Assembly: GCA_029953675.1 (NCBI GenBank)
Contig: JAMWBK010000001.1
Location: 1,260,001-1,508,000 of the forward strand
Direction of reading: 5' to 3'
Origin: Rhodosorus marinus CCMP1338
Lineage: Eukaryota > Plantae > Rhodophyta
DNA: 248,000 nucleotides
The position numbers and the translations under genes were made by a program. The stretch's first letter is position 1, and each line of letters starts with the position of its first letter. The notes beneath the pieces were generated by a model. The model did not search any database and was not told the DNA's origin. It was given only the letters and a program-made list of their open reading frames with translations. This document shows, piece by piece, positions 197,601 through 209,939 of the stretch.

Positions 197601-198220
197601 ATTTGGGCGCCCACCTGCTCGCTAGTTGCCCGGCGGTGAAAGGTGCTCGAACCCGCCGCCATACACGGATCTTGAACCTGTTATACCGGGAACTTCGGCC
197701 TATAGTCCGGCAAGCCGGTCTGGAAATCGAACGTGAGAAACCTTTACCCGTCCCGGACTTTCAAAATGATGAACGCCGTGTAGCCGACCTGGTGATCACC
197801 TGTGACGACAGCCGCCGTACCACATACGTTGATCTTGCTGTTCCTAACCCTCAAGCTAGTCGTTATCTCCCGGCTGCGGGGGAGCGCCGTGGATCTGCCG
197901 CCGCCAGCATGAGACGCCGCAAAGAGATCAAATACGCGGGGGCTTTGTCTTCCCCTGGTGTTCGTGCTTCGGCACTAGCACATCGCTTGGTACCCCTGAT
198001 CATTGAGTGCTTTGGATTCATGGACTCTGTTGGTTCTCGCTGGCTTCGGGAGTTGTTCCGCGAACGCCCTGACCGTCTTCAATCGTTGTTTACCCGCTTA
198101 AGTTTCCTGCTGTGGCGCATGAATGCCGCTTTGATGTTGGAGGCGCGAGTACTTCGCCGCGCTTAGTCTTTTTGTCCCCTCGGGGTTTTTTTTTTTCAGC
198201 CTCCGATTAAACCATTCGTT
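188650..198220 (+). mobile_element. Family B, full length, split by an inverted full-length family A
   Basis: ORF1 ~188905-190193; ORF2 ATG 190186 to 192279, resuming 197117 to 198166; TSD CCTGTACT at 192272-192279 and 197109-197116. Confidence 0.92.
192280..197108 (-). mobile_element. Family A, full length, multiple frameshifts, nested in B
   Basis: 5' UTR at 197085; ORF1 and ORF2 fragments; 5' junction tag agtaaagtcc+tagtctgggg. Confidence 0.92.
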
Positions 198221-198539
198221 CGAATATCTTCGTAAAGGGCGGTGTACTTCGAGAACTTCTGCATGAAGTCCTGTAGAAAATTCTCTTCTGAAAGCGTTGA
198301 CGCAGTATCCATTGTATCCGCTGGATTATCACCACTGGTAACCTCATGTACATACTGCTCAGAGTTCTCTTCGATTTCCCCCTCCTCAAGCTGAGCAGCG
198401 GGGCAGCAATTGTCTCCTCCAGGGGGCACTCTCATCGCTCAAGGTTCCCTCCCCACCCCGGGAGGGGGGGGGGGTTCTCCAACGTTCGTCATCACTCTCA
198501 AATAATCATTTCTTATACCACTACCAGATTCCAGACTAA

Positions 198540-199375
198540 CTTCCCACCCCAGACTACCCCAGACTACCCCAGACTACCCCAGACCAACGTAACCGTCAGA
198601 CTAACGTACCCCAGACTAACGTAACTTCAGATTAAAGTAACTGTAAGCTTTACTGGGGAGCTGCCTACTGCAGCGTAACACTACTTCTATCGCTATCTAG
198701 GGGAGTATTTACCGGAATCCCGCTACCGGGGTCTCATGCTACTTTCAAAAGAAAAAAGAGGGACCAGTGGATTGTCCAACTGGTCCACGCGCTAAGCGCC
198801 TAGGGCGGTCTCTGCATTACCTCGCCGTAGTTGCCTGTTGATCTGCGATCTTACATCGCTCAGCTCCTCGCTCCCGTGCAATAGGTGTTTGCAGCTGACC
198901 AGCAGAAACTCCTGTGCCATATGTTTCTACCGCAATTGGGATGAACTTGTCATCCGGGTGTTCTATCGTCATCGCCTGCTTGTAGTGCGCTTTCTTCCAG
199001 CTCTCTGCACATCTTGCTGAATATCCATTCTGCGCCTCACTTCGCAACAGATACTTCCCTTGCAGAGGAGACGCAACCGTCACGTCCAGTGCATATCGTT
199101 GAAATGTCCTCGGATGCGTAGCAATGAAGTCTGGCCGTAGCCCGTAGTACTTCTCTGGTTCCTGCTCGATGTCCAGAAAGTTCCACCTGTTCAGCCTGCT
199201 TGCGATCTCCGTGCATATCTCGTCATGCCTACGTTGCCACAGACCAGTCGACGTGGGGCAATGATGAAAGCGTTGTACTCCGTTTGCACCGTGTTTACCA
199301 CGGCATCGAGTACGCTTTTCCGTAGTCCGCAGCCCCGGAATCGGTTGCCCCAGTAGTTGTCGGATATAACCCAAG
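198540..199375 (-). mobile_element. Family C 3' fragment with (TAGTCTGGGG)n tail
   Basis: ORF 198817..199374; plus-strand ccccagacta x3-4 at 198547-198590. Confidence 0.85.
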
Positions 199376-199759
199376 ACTAACGTAACCCCGTAGCCTTTAT
199401 TGGGCAGCTAGCTAATGCAGCGCATCACACGATCACTACGTACGCACTAATCAAACCTGGACTCCCTGTCCAGGAGTCTCATCTAAATTCTACTTAGGGG
199501 AAATATCGGTCTATCTGCGCGATCTTTCTCGATCGCGTGCTCAACTAGCGCAGCATTGTGCTGCCACAAAATGCGGTTTAATTGACCCCTCACCGACGAT
199601 AGATGGGAGTCACGATCATGCAGGTGCGTGCTCGCCGTTCGAAGAAATTCAAGGCTTGCCTCGCCCATTCGACCAAAACTCTCAAAAATGAACGGCACAA
199701 CAACCACATCTCGGTTTTCCCCCCTCAGCACTTCCTTATAATGCAACTGGACTTTACTG

Positions 199760-202700
199760 GACTTTACTAGCATAGCCTGAAGCGCTACGCAAGGCGTGAA
199801 GATGAACTAATAACTAGGGAGGGAAGCATGCAACCCCAGGCGCCGATGGCGCGCCTCGGAAAGCATGTCGCTGGAATATCGCCAAAGGGAGACACTTAAA
199901 CGCCTCAAGAGCGCCAAATATTCAGTAGGATGCTCAGCAAAACATTTCCGCAACCACTCTAAACCCGACTTATCGACGTGACCAAAGCTTTCCACAATGA
200001 ATGGCTGGAACCGGTGAGAGCGACCCTCAGCGCAAGGCAGACTGGCCATGCTCTCAGCATACCGTCGTTCCTTAACTCTTCGAAGGGCTGAAGCCGCGGC
200101 CCCCCGGCGGCGGGCGGCTGCGGTGAGGTGGGCGCTGGCCACGGGGCAGGTAATCGCAAGGTCCACATATGTTGAGCGTCTGGCAGCAGCGTCGGAGACG
200201 AGGAGATCGGCTATACAACGGGGCGGTGCAGAGTCCGAGATGGATCTGGGCAGTTCCGACTCAACCTCAACCGTATGCCCTATCCGAGTCAAAAATTCGC
200301 TGAGGATGTACTTGAGGCGAGTGTGACGCCTCGTACGGAGACCTCTCAACAGTCCGCAGGAACCCAGGAAGTGGTAGCCACAAGCGTCAATCCGGCTCTC
200401 ACATCCCTGACAGAAAGACGGCCGATTAGAGTGCCACGGAGCCTGTGGCAAACCGAGATAGATGCGTGCGGCAGAACGGAACTGGAAAGCATCGAGACGA
200501 TGACTCAATGACGACGGTAGAGTGGTTAACCACAAGTGTGAGAGGTGGCCTCCCATGCCGCGGAGACGAGCGGCAGTGGTAGGCGGCGTGAGAGGAGAAT
200601 TGAGCATGACTGTGTGAGCGGCACTGTGTTGGCCCCAGGTGAGGCTATGTTGAATCACATCAGTGCGGGAGCTCCACAATCGGCTCAAACCCGGGTAGTC
200701 TGCAACAGGGGACCCGGGGCTAGCCTCTCCGTCATCGGCAAGAACTCGGTCGAGGGGACAATCCTCAATCGCTTCAGCTCGTCCCCATAACAGCTCCCTC
200801 CAGGAACGAAAGCGGGACCGATTTGCGTCCGGCACGGCGTTGCACCTCCTGAACGCGTGTTGAAGACCATCATAAATTGTCAAAAGCGGGGGCGGCAGGG
200901 TCACTGGATCCTCGTTGGTCAAAGCTCGAGCCAAGAGGCAGGCACTTCGCATCCGGAAGGTCACCAACGTTCGCAGCGCGGTAGCCCAGGAGGCAACCGC
201001 CGCTGGCGAGCATACCAGCCCACGGTCTGCGACGCCGAATCCCCCTAATCGCAACGGTAGAGCGATCTGTGCACGAATAAAGTCCCTGTCGGGAGCAGCT
201101 TCAAGATCGAGGGGCTCATCCAAGAGCGTTCCCCAGTGTTGCAGGGTCATTTCGTCGGCTTTAGCCGCGATCCACGAGCCCCAAGCTGGAGGCAGGCTGC
201201 GCAACCAGTAGTTGAGTCTGGGACCGGCACAAAAGCGGGAAAGCAAGCAGGCCGATTGCAGCATGCTGTCGGGTAGGTGCTCAATGGCGTCGGTGAGTTG
201301 CTTGTGCCGTGCCAAAACTCGCTCGCAGGATGCTTGGACAAAGTTGTCAGTCCCCAATCCGACGCCGTGGTGTTCGAACCCTTCACGTTCGCTGATTAGT
201401 CGCAGAGTGGGTGGCAGAGAGTTCAGCGACACGTCCCTCGGGGGGAGAAAGCGACATTTTTCTGTTTCCACAGTCAAACCGACGCGACGTGCAATCGCTT
201501 CGATCGCGGTCAGTCCCCTAGCCAGGGTGTCAGGGGTGCCCAGCAATGTTACGTCATCGTGGTACGCGCAGATTCGAAGATCCGAGACCTCAGTCGAAAG
201601 ACGTAAAAGTACGAGCTGTAGGGCACAGGCATGAAGAAGAGGTCCGCAAGGGTCGCCTTGTTGGACGCCAGTATGTGCTTGAAAAACAGTGCCCTCCGTT
201701 GTCAAGTAGGGGAGGCTCTCCCCTCCGTAAATACCCGATAGAAACGGCCACGCCTCCGGAAACACACGTCGGAGCACCTCTAGCGCATGCGTCCGCGACA
201801 CGCTGTTGAATGCGTTCCGGAAATCAACCACCAAGACTCCCCACTCCGGCCTACTGGCGCGTTCTAGCTCGATCCCATGGGTGATCAGTTCGCAACCCCC
201901 AGAAAATCCCACCCCTACTTGCAAGGGCGCCATAAAAGCTGTGACGCGCTGGCGAAGGCGCTGGCATAGCCACCTCCCGGCTAACTTCCGTAGGCTCTCC
202001 ACCATCCCGATCGGCCGGAGACGCGGGTGGGCCGGCTGGTGGTCAGGTTTCGTGAGCAAGCAAAGCTGTGCCTGCCGGAGATGTTCCCATGGCGCGGACG
202101 CACCCGATACGCCCTGGAACAACTTGTTAAGGATCCTCAGAAGCGCGCTCTGGCCAGGCTGGCTCAGGGCCTGCAATAGCTCTGTTCTTAGTCCGGAGGG
202201 TCCAGGACAGCGTCCCCGACGCGAGGTACGAAGCAAATCCTCCAGGTCAGACTCACTGAGCGTCAGATCGATGCGAAACCTGGCCAACTCCGGACGGTCC
202301 AAGAATACCTCGAATTCAGGGGACAAATCCACGTCGGACTCAGGGAACAAAGACGACACCGTCTGGGCGAGACTATCATCGTAGGGGAGGACAGGCGCCT
202401 GGCCCTCCAAAACCCGCGCCGCTCGACTTAAATCGCCCACTGCTACCAATTTCTGTACTCGAGCTGGCACGGGCGACACTGTGCCATGCCGAGTCCGACG
202501 GGCGGATGGTGCTGACGACGCCAAATAGCTGCGCTGTAGTACTTCGAAGTCTCCCTTCAAGAACAGGGCCAGTCGGTCTCGTACTCGCCATCTGCGCTCC
202601 GATGTGTGAATGGGGGCCAGAATCATGCGCGGCATGACCCCCAGAAAAACCCAAATGACTGTGTCCCGAATGTTGCGAGCCAGGCTCGTGAAGATGAAAT

Positions 202701-204300
202701 CGAGAATGGTTCCAGCTACCAGAAGGTCTCCACGAGGAAGGACGACTGGGGGAATGCCCCAAACTGGACTTTACTAGCATAGCCTGAAGCGCTACGCAAG
202801 GCGTGAAGATGAACTAATAACTAGGGAGGGAAGCATGCAACCCCAGGCGCCGATGGCGCGCCTCGGAAAGCATGTGGCTGGAATATCGCCAAAGGGAGAC
202901 ACTTAAACGCCTCAAGAGCGCCAAATATTCAGTAGGATGCTCAGCAAAACATTTCCGCAACCACTCTAAACCCGACTTATCGACGTGACCAAAGCTTTCC
203001 ACAATGAATGGCTGGAACCGGTGAGAGCGACCCTCAGCGCAAGGCAGACTGGCCATGCTCTCAGCATACCGTCGTTCCTTAACTCTTCGAAGGGCTGAAG
203101 CCGCGGCCCCCCGGCGGCGGGCGGCTGCGGTGAGGTGGGCGCTGGCCACGGGGCAGGTAATCGCAAGGTCCACATATGTTGAGCGTCTGGCAGCAGCGTC
203201 GGAGACGAGGCACGCCTTCGCTTGTTCTGCTTGTTTCGCAGCATGCCCGCAGTTCCAGCTCGTATGTTTCAACTGATGCCTTTGAAGTGGCGATGTCACC
203301 ATCACATCCACCACGTACACGCATCCGCTCGTCGGGTGTCGTCCAACGATGTCTGGGAGAATTCCAGACCCAGAAAAGAACCCCTGAGGCTCTACTTGTA
203401 TCTCCGTGAAATTCCATAGGTGTAACCATTGACTCAGTTCGACCTTTAGCTCGTCGTGCCTCTTGGTTCGCATCCCCGATGACGTCCTGCAGTGGTGCAG
203501 CCGCTGGATCCCACGCACATCGTGTGGTTGCTCGCAGACTGTGCACGTGTGTGACCGGCCTAGTCCTTGCAGTGGTGGCCTTAGAAGCATCCGGATGCTC
203601 CACAACATCTCATTTCGTGTCAACTGCCGCGGCCCTGTACTAAGACAGTCGCGTAGCCAGACCCCGCACCCCGTTCCAGATGCCGATCCGATCCTATCCC
203701 GGTCTATGTCGTCCAGTGTTGAGTCTCCAGTAAGCTCCTCAAAGGCTTGTCGGTGACACTCTCGAGAGAGTGTTTTTTTGGATCGGACCGTCAAACCTTT
203801 GGGTACCTGCTGTGTCTTCTGCTGTGCCTTCGGCCGAGTCCTCCAGCGGTTGCCAATCGGCCAGCCTCTGGATGCGTGCACTGGTGGTCGCTGGCAAACG
203901 TCGTCTAATTGCGCGACTTGCCTGGACCAGTTGCCAAGCAAATGCATCGGTTGTCCATCGAAGTCGCACCCGTGGCAGCGATTCTCCTTGTGCTGCCGCA
204001 ATACGCTCCTGGGAAAGCCGTTCGAGGTAGCGTGATTCTGTGGTGTTCTCTTGCACGCTGTGTTTCCACCCTGCATGGAAGGGAACTGGTTGAATTCTCG
204101 TGCGCGTGGCAAAGCCAAGTCCTCCCCATCGACACGGGAGTCGAACCTGTTTCTCAACCGCTGCAGCCCCACGTGCGGTGATATCCTGGTGTTGACATAG
204201 GCCTCCACACATGCTTTCAAGCTCCGAGAGGGTGATCGCGTCCGCCTCGCCCCCCCAGACTAATGTAGCTAGAAAGCGGTGAACTCGTAGTGGGGGTTCC
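199760..204300 (-). mobile_element. Head-to-tail family A copies; the second is fused in frame to another RLE family
   Basis: ORF 199807..202635 (942 aa); ORF 202814..204220 switches at AKAC|LVSDAAARRS. Confidence 0.9.
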
Positions 204301-204827
204301 ATGTTGACATCAAGCTCGTACTGCTCGCCCGTGTCGTGATGACGAACAACACTGTCGGGTCGAAGACAACTACTCTCAAAGAGCCCGGAGGGGTTCAACT
204401 TGAATCTCAAGAGGGTACCACCGTCGTAGGTGACGCGCAACGCAAGTTCATCGCGAATGCAATTATGTCACTGAGTCCAATTCCCGGCCGAGGCAGAGCA
204501 TTGGAATAAGCGTTGTGACAAGAAGTATGCAACCAAGTTTTCCTGCCCAGTCAAATTCTGTCTTATTTATTTCAATTCCGAAGCTTCAAACCAAAGGTTT
204601 TCAATCCACAGACCATCGTAACCACAACCACGTAATAGTATCCATTATTGGGCAGCTGCCTAACGCAGAACAGTACTGCCTGGCCAATGTCACAGAGCAC
204701 CAAGCAACATCCAAAGTCATCTTTCTCTCCTGCATTGGGGCCAGCGCGCCGACTCGAGCTCCCAACGGATCCTCTCCAAACAGATTGTATGAGCTAATCT
204801 GGTACAACTCAAAAGAGGAAACATGCT

Positions 204828-206081
204828 CTAGCCTATTCGGTATAAATTAGACCATGTGCCCACGTAGTAATCGTCCCCTTCTCCACCAACCAAAATATCG
204901 TTTCCCCCACTAGATCCCAGAGGACCCACGAAAATATCGTTTCCTCGTCCGCCATATATCCTGTCCTGCTGACGATCAAAACCTCCGTTACTGAAATAAT
205001 CGTCTCCAGTCTGCCCGTACATGATGTCCGCCATATGGTGGCTTCCCGCTGACCAGAAGCGATCGTCGCCGTCACCTCCCAGGCCTTTCCCGGCCATAAA
205101 AAGAATATCATCACCATCATCTCCATAGAAAGTATTGAAATCAATGGACGTGTCGTACAAAAAGTCGTCCCCGTCGCCGCCAACGTGTTTGTCCACACCA
205201 CTTCCACCTAGTATTCTATCATCATCTTTACCTCCATACATTTTATCATTACCGTCGTGGCCATATATGTAGTCTCTACCACTACCTCCTCTGATACTAT
205301 CATTACCGTCCCCACCAAAGATCACGTCATCACCCCCTAGTCCGTCTATCTTGTCGTTTCCTCCCATACCGTAGATGTAGTCCTTCCAGGGAGTTCCGCG
205401 GATCACGTCATCCCCCTCCGTTCCATAAATCACATTCCTACAGATCGTGCTCAAAGAGCATATTCGATCTCCCCCGCTACGCTTCTTGCACTTTTCGGAG
205501 GTAACAGCACGCGTAAGACGTACAACCTCGCTGTCAACATCTATCATGTCGACCTCTGCCACAAAGCATGGAAAGCAACAATCACCATGTTGAGTTTTCG
205601 GGATGTCTTTCATCTTCACAGTAAACTTCAACCTGTTTGAGTAGTCAAGCACATTCTCAAACGAGAATTCGTCGCTGTGGAAGAACTTCGTGGTTCCAAA
205701 CGGTATCCGCTCACAGTCGGAATGGAAACCGAAACGGTATCCCTTGATCAGGTGGGTGATCTTCGAATAATCCGCAGGCCTCCTAAGGAATTTACCGTTC
205801 ACGTCATACCGAGCGTCGAGCTTTACCACGATATCCTTTCCTGAGACTTTTATAGTCACCCTGACAACTCTCTTGGTGAATCCCTTGAAAGAAAGCACAT
205901 AGTTCGCATCCGGAAGTCTTTTGACAATATTGTCCTCGTTTACCACCGACTTGCATGTTGCAGGTCTTGCAGCCAGCAGCTCACCCAACTCAATCCTCTT
206001 GTCAGTGGGCACCCCAAGGCCGCCGTGGAAAACCACAAACACAACCAGGCAGACTAGCAAACACTCAACCTTACCAGACAT
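204828..206081 (-). CDS. Secreted Cys-domain protein with many RTX-like repeats (group 2)
   Basis: Signal peptide; FHSDCERIP..CCFPC domain; GMGGNDKI, GGDGNDSI, GGSGRDYI and similar. Confidence 0.88.
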   Translation of the reverse strand: MSGKVECLLVCLVVFVVFHGGLGVPTDKRIELGELLAARPATCKSVVNEDNIVKRLPDANYVLSFKGFTKRVVRVTIKVSGKDIVVKLDARYDVNGKFLRRPADYSKITHLIKGYRFGFHSDCERIPFGTTKFFHSDEFSFENVLDYSNRLKFTVKMKDIPKTQHGDCCFPCFVAEVDMIDVDSEVVRLTRAVTSEKCKKRSGGDRICSLSTICRNVIYGTEGDDVIRGTPWKDYIYGMGGNDKIDGLGGDDVIFGGDGNDSIRGGSGRDYIYGHDGNDKMYGGKDDDRILGGSGVDKHVGGDGDDFLYDTSIDFNTFYGDDGDDILFMAGKGLGGDGDDRFWSAGSHHMADIMYGQTGDDYFSNGGFDRQQDRIYGGRGNDIFVGPLGSSGGNDILVGGEGDDYYVGTWSNLYRIG

Positions 206082-206544
206082 CTTGCAATCAAGCGCAAAT
206101 CAGGAAAACATAAGAAAACGAAGCATACAACACCAAGCCCCTTTCAGCTCATAGCCCGCCCTACTCCACAACACCCCCTTCCCATAGAAGCTCCAGTGCC
206201 TCGCGCCCTTTTAAGTACCCTTCACGCCTAGCGTAGCGCTATAATCGTGAAACCAGTACATTCCAAAAAATAATCACGGCGATCACCGCGATATCGTCGG
206301 CAACCCAAGTCGCTCATCTACTCGCACAGACGAGGGTAAAAACTCCTCCGACTGTACTCCGACTGTACTCCAGCAAAACTGGTTTTTACCAAATAAAACC
206401 AGCCAACTGTACTCCGACCGGTGTTTCGGGAGCGGAGACAAAAAAAAAACACCAACCTACAAACCACCCAAGTAATACAAGCGCAGCCCACATACGTCCC
206501 CAGATAGCTAATCCAAACACCGTTGAAGTGAACGTTTACCTGCA

Positions 206545-208245
206545 GTGAATGAATGGTTTAATCGGAGGCTGAAAAAAAAAAAACCCCCGAGGGGAAAAAA
206601 AGACTAAGCGCGGCGAAGTACTCGCGCCTCCAACATCAAAGCGGCATTCATGCGCCACAGCAGGAAACTTAAGCGGGTAAACAACGATTGAAGACGGTCA
206701 GGGCGTTCGCGGAACAACTCCCGAAGCCAGCGAGAACCAACAGAGTCCATGAACCCAAAGCACTCAATGATCAGGGGTACCAAGCGATGTGCTAGTGCCG
206801 AAGCACGAACACCAGGGGAAGACAAAGCCCCCGCGTATTTGATCTCTTTGCGGCGTCTCATGCTGGCGGCGGCAGATCCACGGCGCTCCCCCGCAGCCGG
206901 GAGATAACGACTAGCTTGAGGGTTGGGAACAGCAAGATCAACGTATGTGGTACGGCGGCTGTCGTCACAGGTTATCACCAGGTCGGCTACACGGCGTTCA
207001 TCATTTTGAAAGTCCGCGACGGGTAAAGGTTTCTCACGTTCGATTTCCAGACCGGCTTGCTGCCACGCTGTACCTGCAGTACAGTGTGTTTGTAAAACCA
207101 TCCACCATAGGAAGTAGTCTTCTACCCCGCTCTGGGGTCTCCTTAGCCTAGCCCCCTCCTGCTTTGCTTGCATCTCCATAGCGCTACATTCGGTAGTTTG
207201 AATAAACGGAAACAGTGAAAGCTATCAACGTCATTAACCACCATAGTCCCCCCCTAAGCGGTCAGACTATTAGTTCGAATGAATCCTGACCGATAGCAGG
207301 TGTAGCGGGTGTACTCCACTGACCACACTAGCTCGGGGTGGGAGGGGGGGGGAATCTCATACGGTGAATGAATGGGCAAAATCGACGACTGGAAAAGCGG
207401 GAATTGGAGAAGAAGACTAGGTGTAGCGAAGATAGGGGAATCTGTTGCGGCGGTTGGCATCCGCCGTCCAAATTTACAGTTGCGTTCGGTGAACTTCGGC
207501 AGGAGACGTTTTAGTACGGATATGTAAATGCGGGCATGGTGTTTTCTGGTATTTTCTGGTAAGACCATCAACTAGCAAGCGGGCGATCCATTCCGATGTA
207601 TCGCGCTGACTTCTTTTTGGCTTTGTGCGGTTGAAACCTTCTCTGCGGGAGGTATTCCGCGACCGCGCCACACCCCCGTCTTCAATCGTTGTTTACCCGG
207701 CTTGAGTTTCTTGTTGTGGAGTATGGACGCTGTTTTGAAATTGAAGGTGTGCGCGACCTTTGCCGAAGACGCGTTAGTCTTCTTCAGTCTCCGATAAATA
207801 AACCATTTCGCTTTTTGCTACAACAAAATCCCTCCCCCCAAAAAAATAAAACAAGGAAAAACCAGCGTAGAGCAGTTCTTGATTAGATTGTTTCGACTAA
207901 ATAATTTCCAACTGTTTCGAGGGAAAAAAAAAAAGCGAAACGGCGAGTCGGCAAAGTGTACCCCAGCAGTGGTCCCCTGGTGTTCGTGCTTCGGCACTAG
208001 CACATCGCTTGGTACCCCTGATCATTGAGTGCTTTGGGTTCATGGACTCTGTTGGTTCTCGCTGGCTTCGGGAGTTGTTCCGCGAACGCCCTGACCGTCT
208101 TCAATCGTTGTTTACCCGCTTAAGTTTCCTGCTGTGGCGCATGAATGCCGCTTTGATGTTGGAGGCGCGAGTACTTCGCCGCGCTTAGTCTTTTTTTCCC
208201 CTCGGGGTTTTTTTTTTTTTCAGCCTCCGATTAAACCATTCATTC
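206545..208245. mobile_element. Two family B 3' fragments (206545-207060 minus; 207985-208245 plus)
   Basis: B RLE end and 3' UTR. Confidence 0.88.
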
Positions 208246-208534
208246 AGCAGTGGTCGCAGCGGGAGTACACACCCGCCTAGTGGATGCTGTGGGCGATGGT
208301 TGTGCTGGAGATGGGTTGGTGGGATGTTTCTTTTGTCTTTCTAAGTAGATCTGGACCAAGATGCTGCACAGTTTCTCCAAAGGGGATTGTACTGATACTT
208401 GTGTTCAAGATGGTACTTAAGGTCGTATGGGGTGATGGAATTTGGGCCAGGAGAGGGTGTCGGGGGAGGACTGGCGAGCTGAAGCCTTTTTATTGGAGTA
208501 AGGGTTTGGATCTCTTTTTTTTTAAAGTCTGAGC

Positions 208535-209881
208535 TTGGTTTTCAAGATGCGTGGTAAGGTTGGCATAATGTTTCTGAGCTTGGTGCTCTCTGCCGCGTGC
208601 GGTGGTCTTGGAGCTCCAACGAGTTTGAGCAGTGGGCTTCCCGGGCTGTTGACCGTGAGGGCAGCCGAAACATGCAATAGTGTTTTGGAAAGAACGATTG
208701 ACGAAGATCTCCCGAACACGAACTACGAGCTTTCGTTCAAGGGTTTCAAGAGAACCGTTGTGAACGTAAAGTTGCGTTTATGGAAGTCTAAGGGTGGTAA
208801 ACTTTGGTTCAAGTGGAAGTTGGACGCACGTTACGACCGGAGTGGCGACTTCCTTGGAAACAGTAACAATTGGAAAATTGATCACTTGATCAAGGGCTAC
208901 CGTCTCGGGTTACATTCCGATTGTGAGCGGATACCGTTTGGAAACGACAAGTTCTCCATCAGCGACGAATTCTCGTATGGGAATGTGGAGAAATACCCTA
209001 AATACGTGAAATTTGCTACGACTATGAAAGACATCCCGGCAACTAAGCATGGAAATTGTTGCTTTCCATGCTTTGTGCTTGAGGTCGACTTGATAGATCG
209101 CGACAGCGAGGCTGTACGTCCTGTGCGTGCTGTTACCTCAGAAAAGTGCGAGAAGCGTAGCGGGGGAGATCGAATATGTTCCTTCGACACGATTTGCAAA
209201 AACGTGATTTATGGAACGGAGGGCGACGACGTGATCCACGGAACTTCTGGGAAGGACTATATCTACGGTCTGGGAGGAGACGACGTGATTATAGGACTGC
209301 AGGGGGATGACGTGATCTTTGGTGGGGACGGTGATGATACAATAGAGGGAGGTGATGGTAATGACTACATATACGGCGAGGATGGTGATGATAACTTAGA
209401 CGGAGAGGATGGGGATGACAAAATTGATGGTGGAGACGGCAGGGACGAGATGCGCGGCGGGTCTGGGAACGATAAAATGTATGGTGGAGCAGATTCAGAT
209501 TTCGTCCAAGGAGGTGGCGGGGACGATATGATATTTGGAGGAGGTGGTCGAGATTTCCTCAGCGGGGACTCCACAGCGCACAGTTCCCGTGGCGGCAACG
209601 ATGTAATATATGGTGGCTCAGGACCTGATCAAATCTTCGACACCGCAGGTAATAATCGTCTCTATGGTGAAGAAGGTAACGATCATATCTTTGGAAGACC
209701 GGGTGCTTACATGGATGGTGGGGAAGGCAAAGATCATCTCAGAGAATTTGGCGAAGGGATCAATATGTACGGTGGTCCTGGGGACGACTTTATTCAAGGT
209801 ATTGGCTCAGATCCTCTGGATCAGGACGGTTTTGATGTCCATCTGCCGGGCGACCGAACCAAACCTATACAGTTTGGCTAA
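208535..209881 (+). CDS. Secreted Cys-domain protein with ~12 RTX-like repeats (group 2)
   Basis: Paralog of 204828; GLGGDDVI, GGDGDDTI, GGDGNDYI, GEDGDDNL and similar. Confidence 0.9.
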   Translation: MVFKMRGKVGIMFLSLVLSAACGGLGAPTSLSSGLPGLLTVRAAETCNSVLERTIDEDLPNTNYELSFKGFKRTVVNVKLRLWKSKGGKLWFKWKLDARYDRSGDFLGNSNNWKIDHLIKGYRLGLHSDCERIPFGNDKFSISDEFSYGNVEKYPKYVKFATTMKDIPATKHGNCCFPCFVLEVDLIDRDSEAVRPVRAVTSEKCEKRSGGDRICSFDTICKNVIYGTEGDDVIHGTSGKDYIYGLGGDDVIIGLQGDDVIFGGDGDDTIEGGDGNDYIYGEDGDDNLDGEDGDDKIDGGDGRDEMRGGSGNDKMYGGADSDFVQGGGGDDMIFGGGGRDFLSGDSTAHSSRGGNDVIYGGSGPDQIFDTAGNNRLYGEEGNDHIFGRPGAYMDGGEGKDHLREFGEGINMYGGPGDDFIQGIGSDPLDQDGFDVHLPGDRTKPIQFG

Positions 209882-209939
209882 GAAAGTAATATTTTCTGTG
209901 GAGCGAGAGAGTTTCCACGTGCGATGAGGCCAGTTGAAA

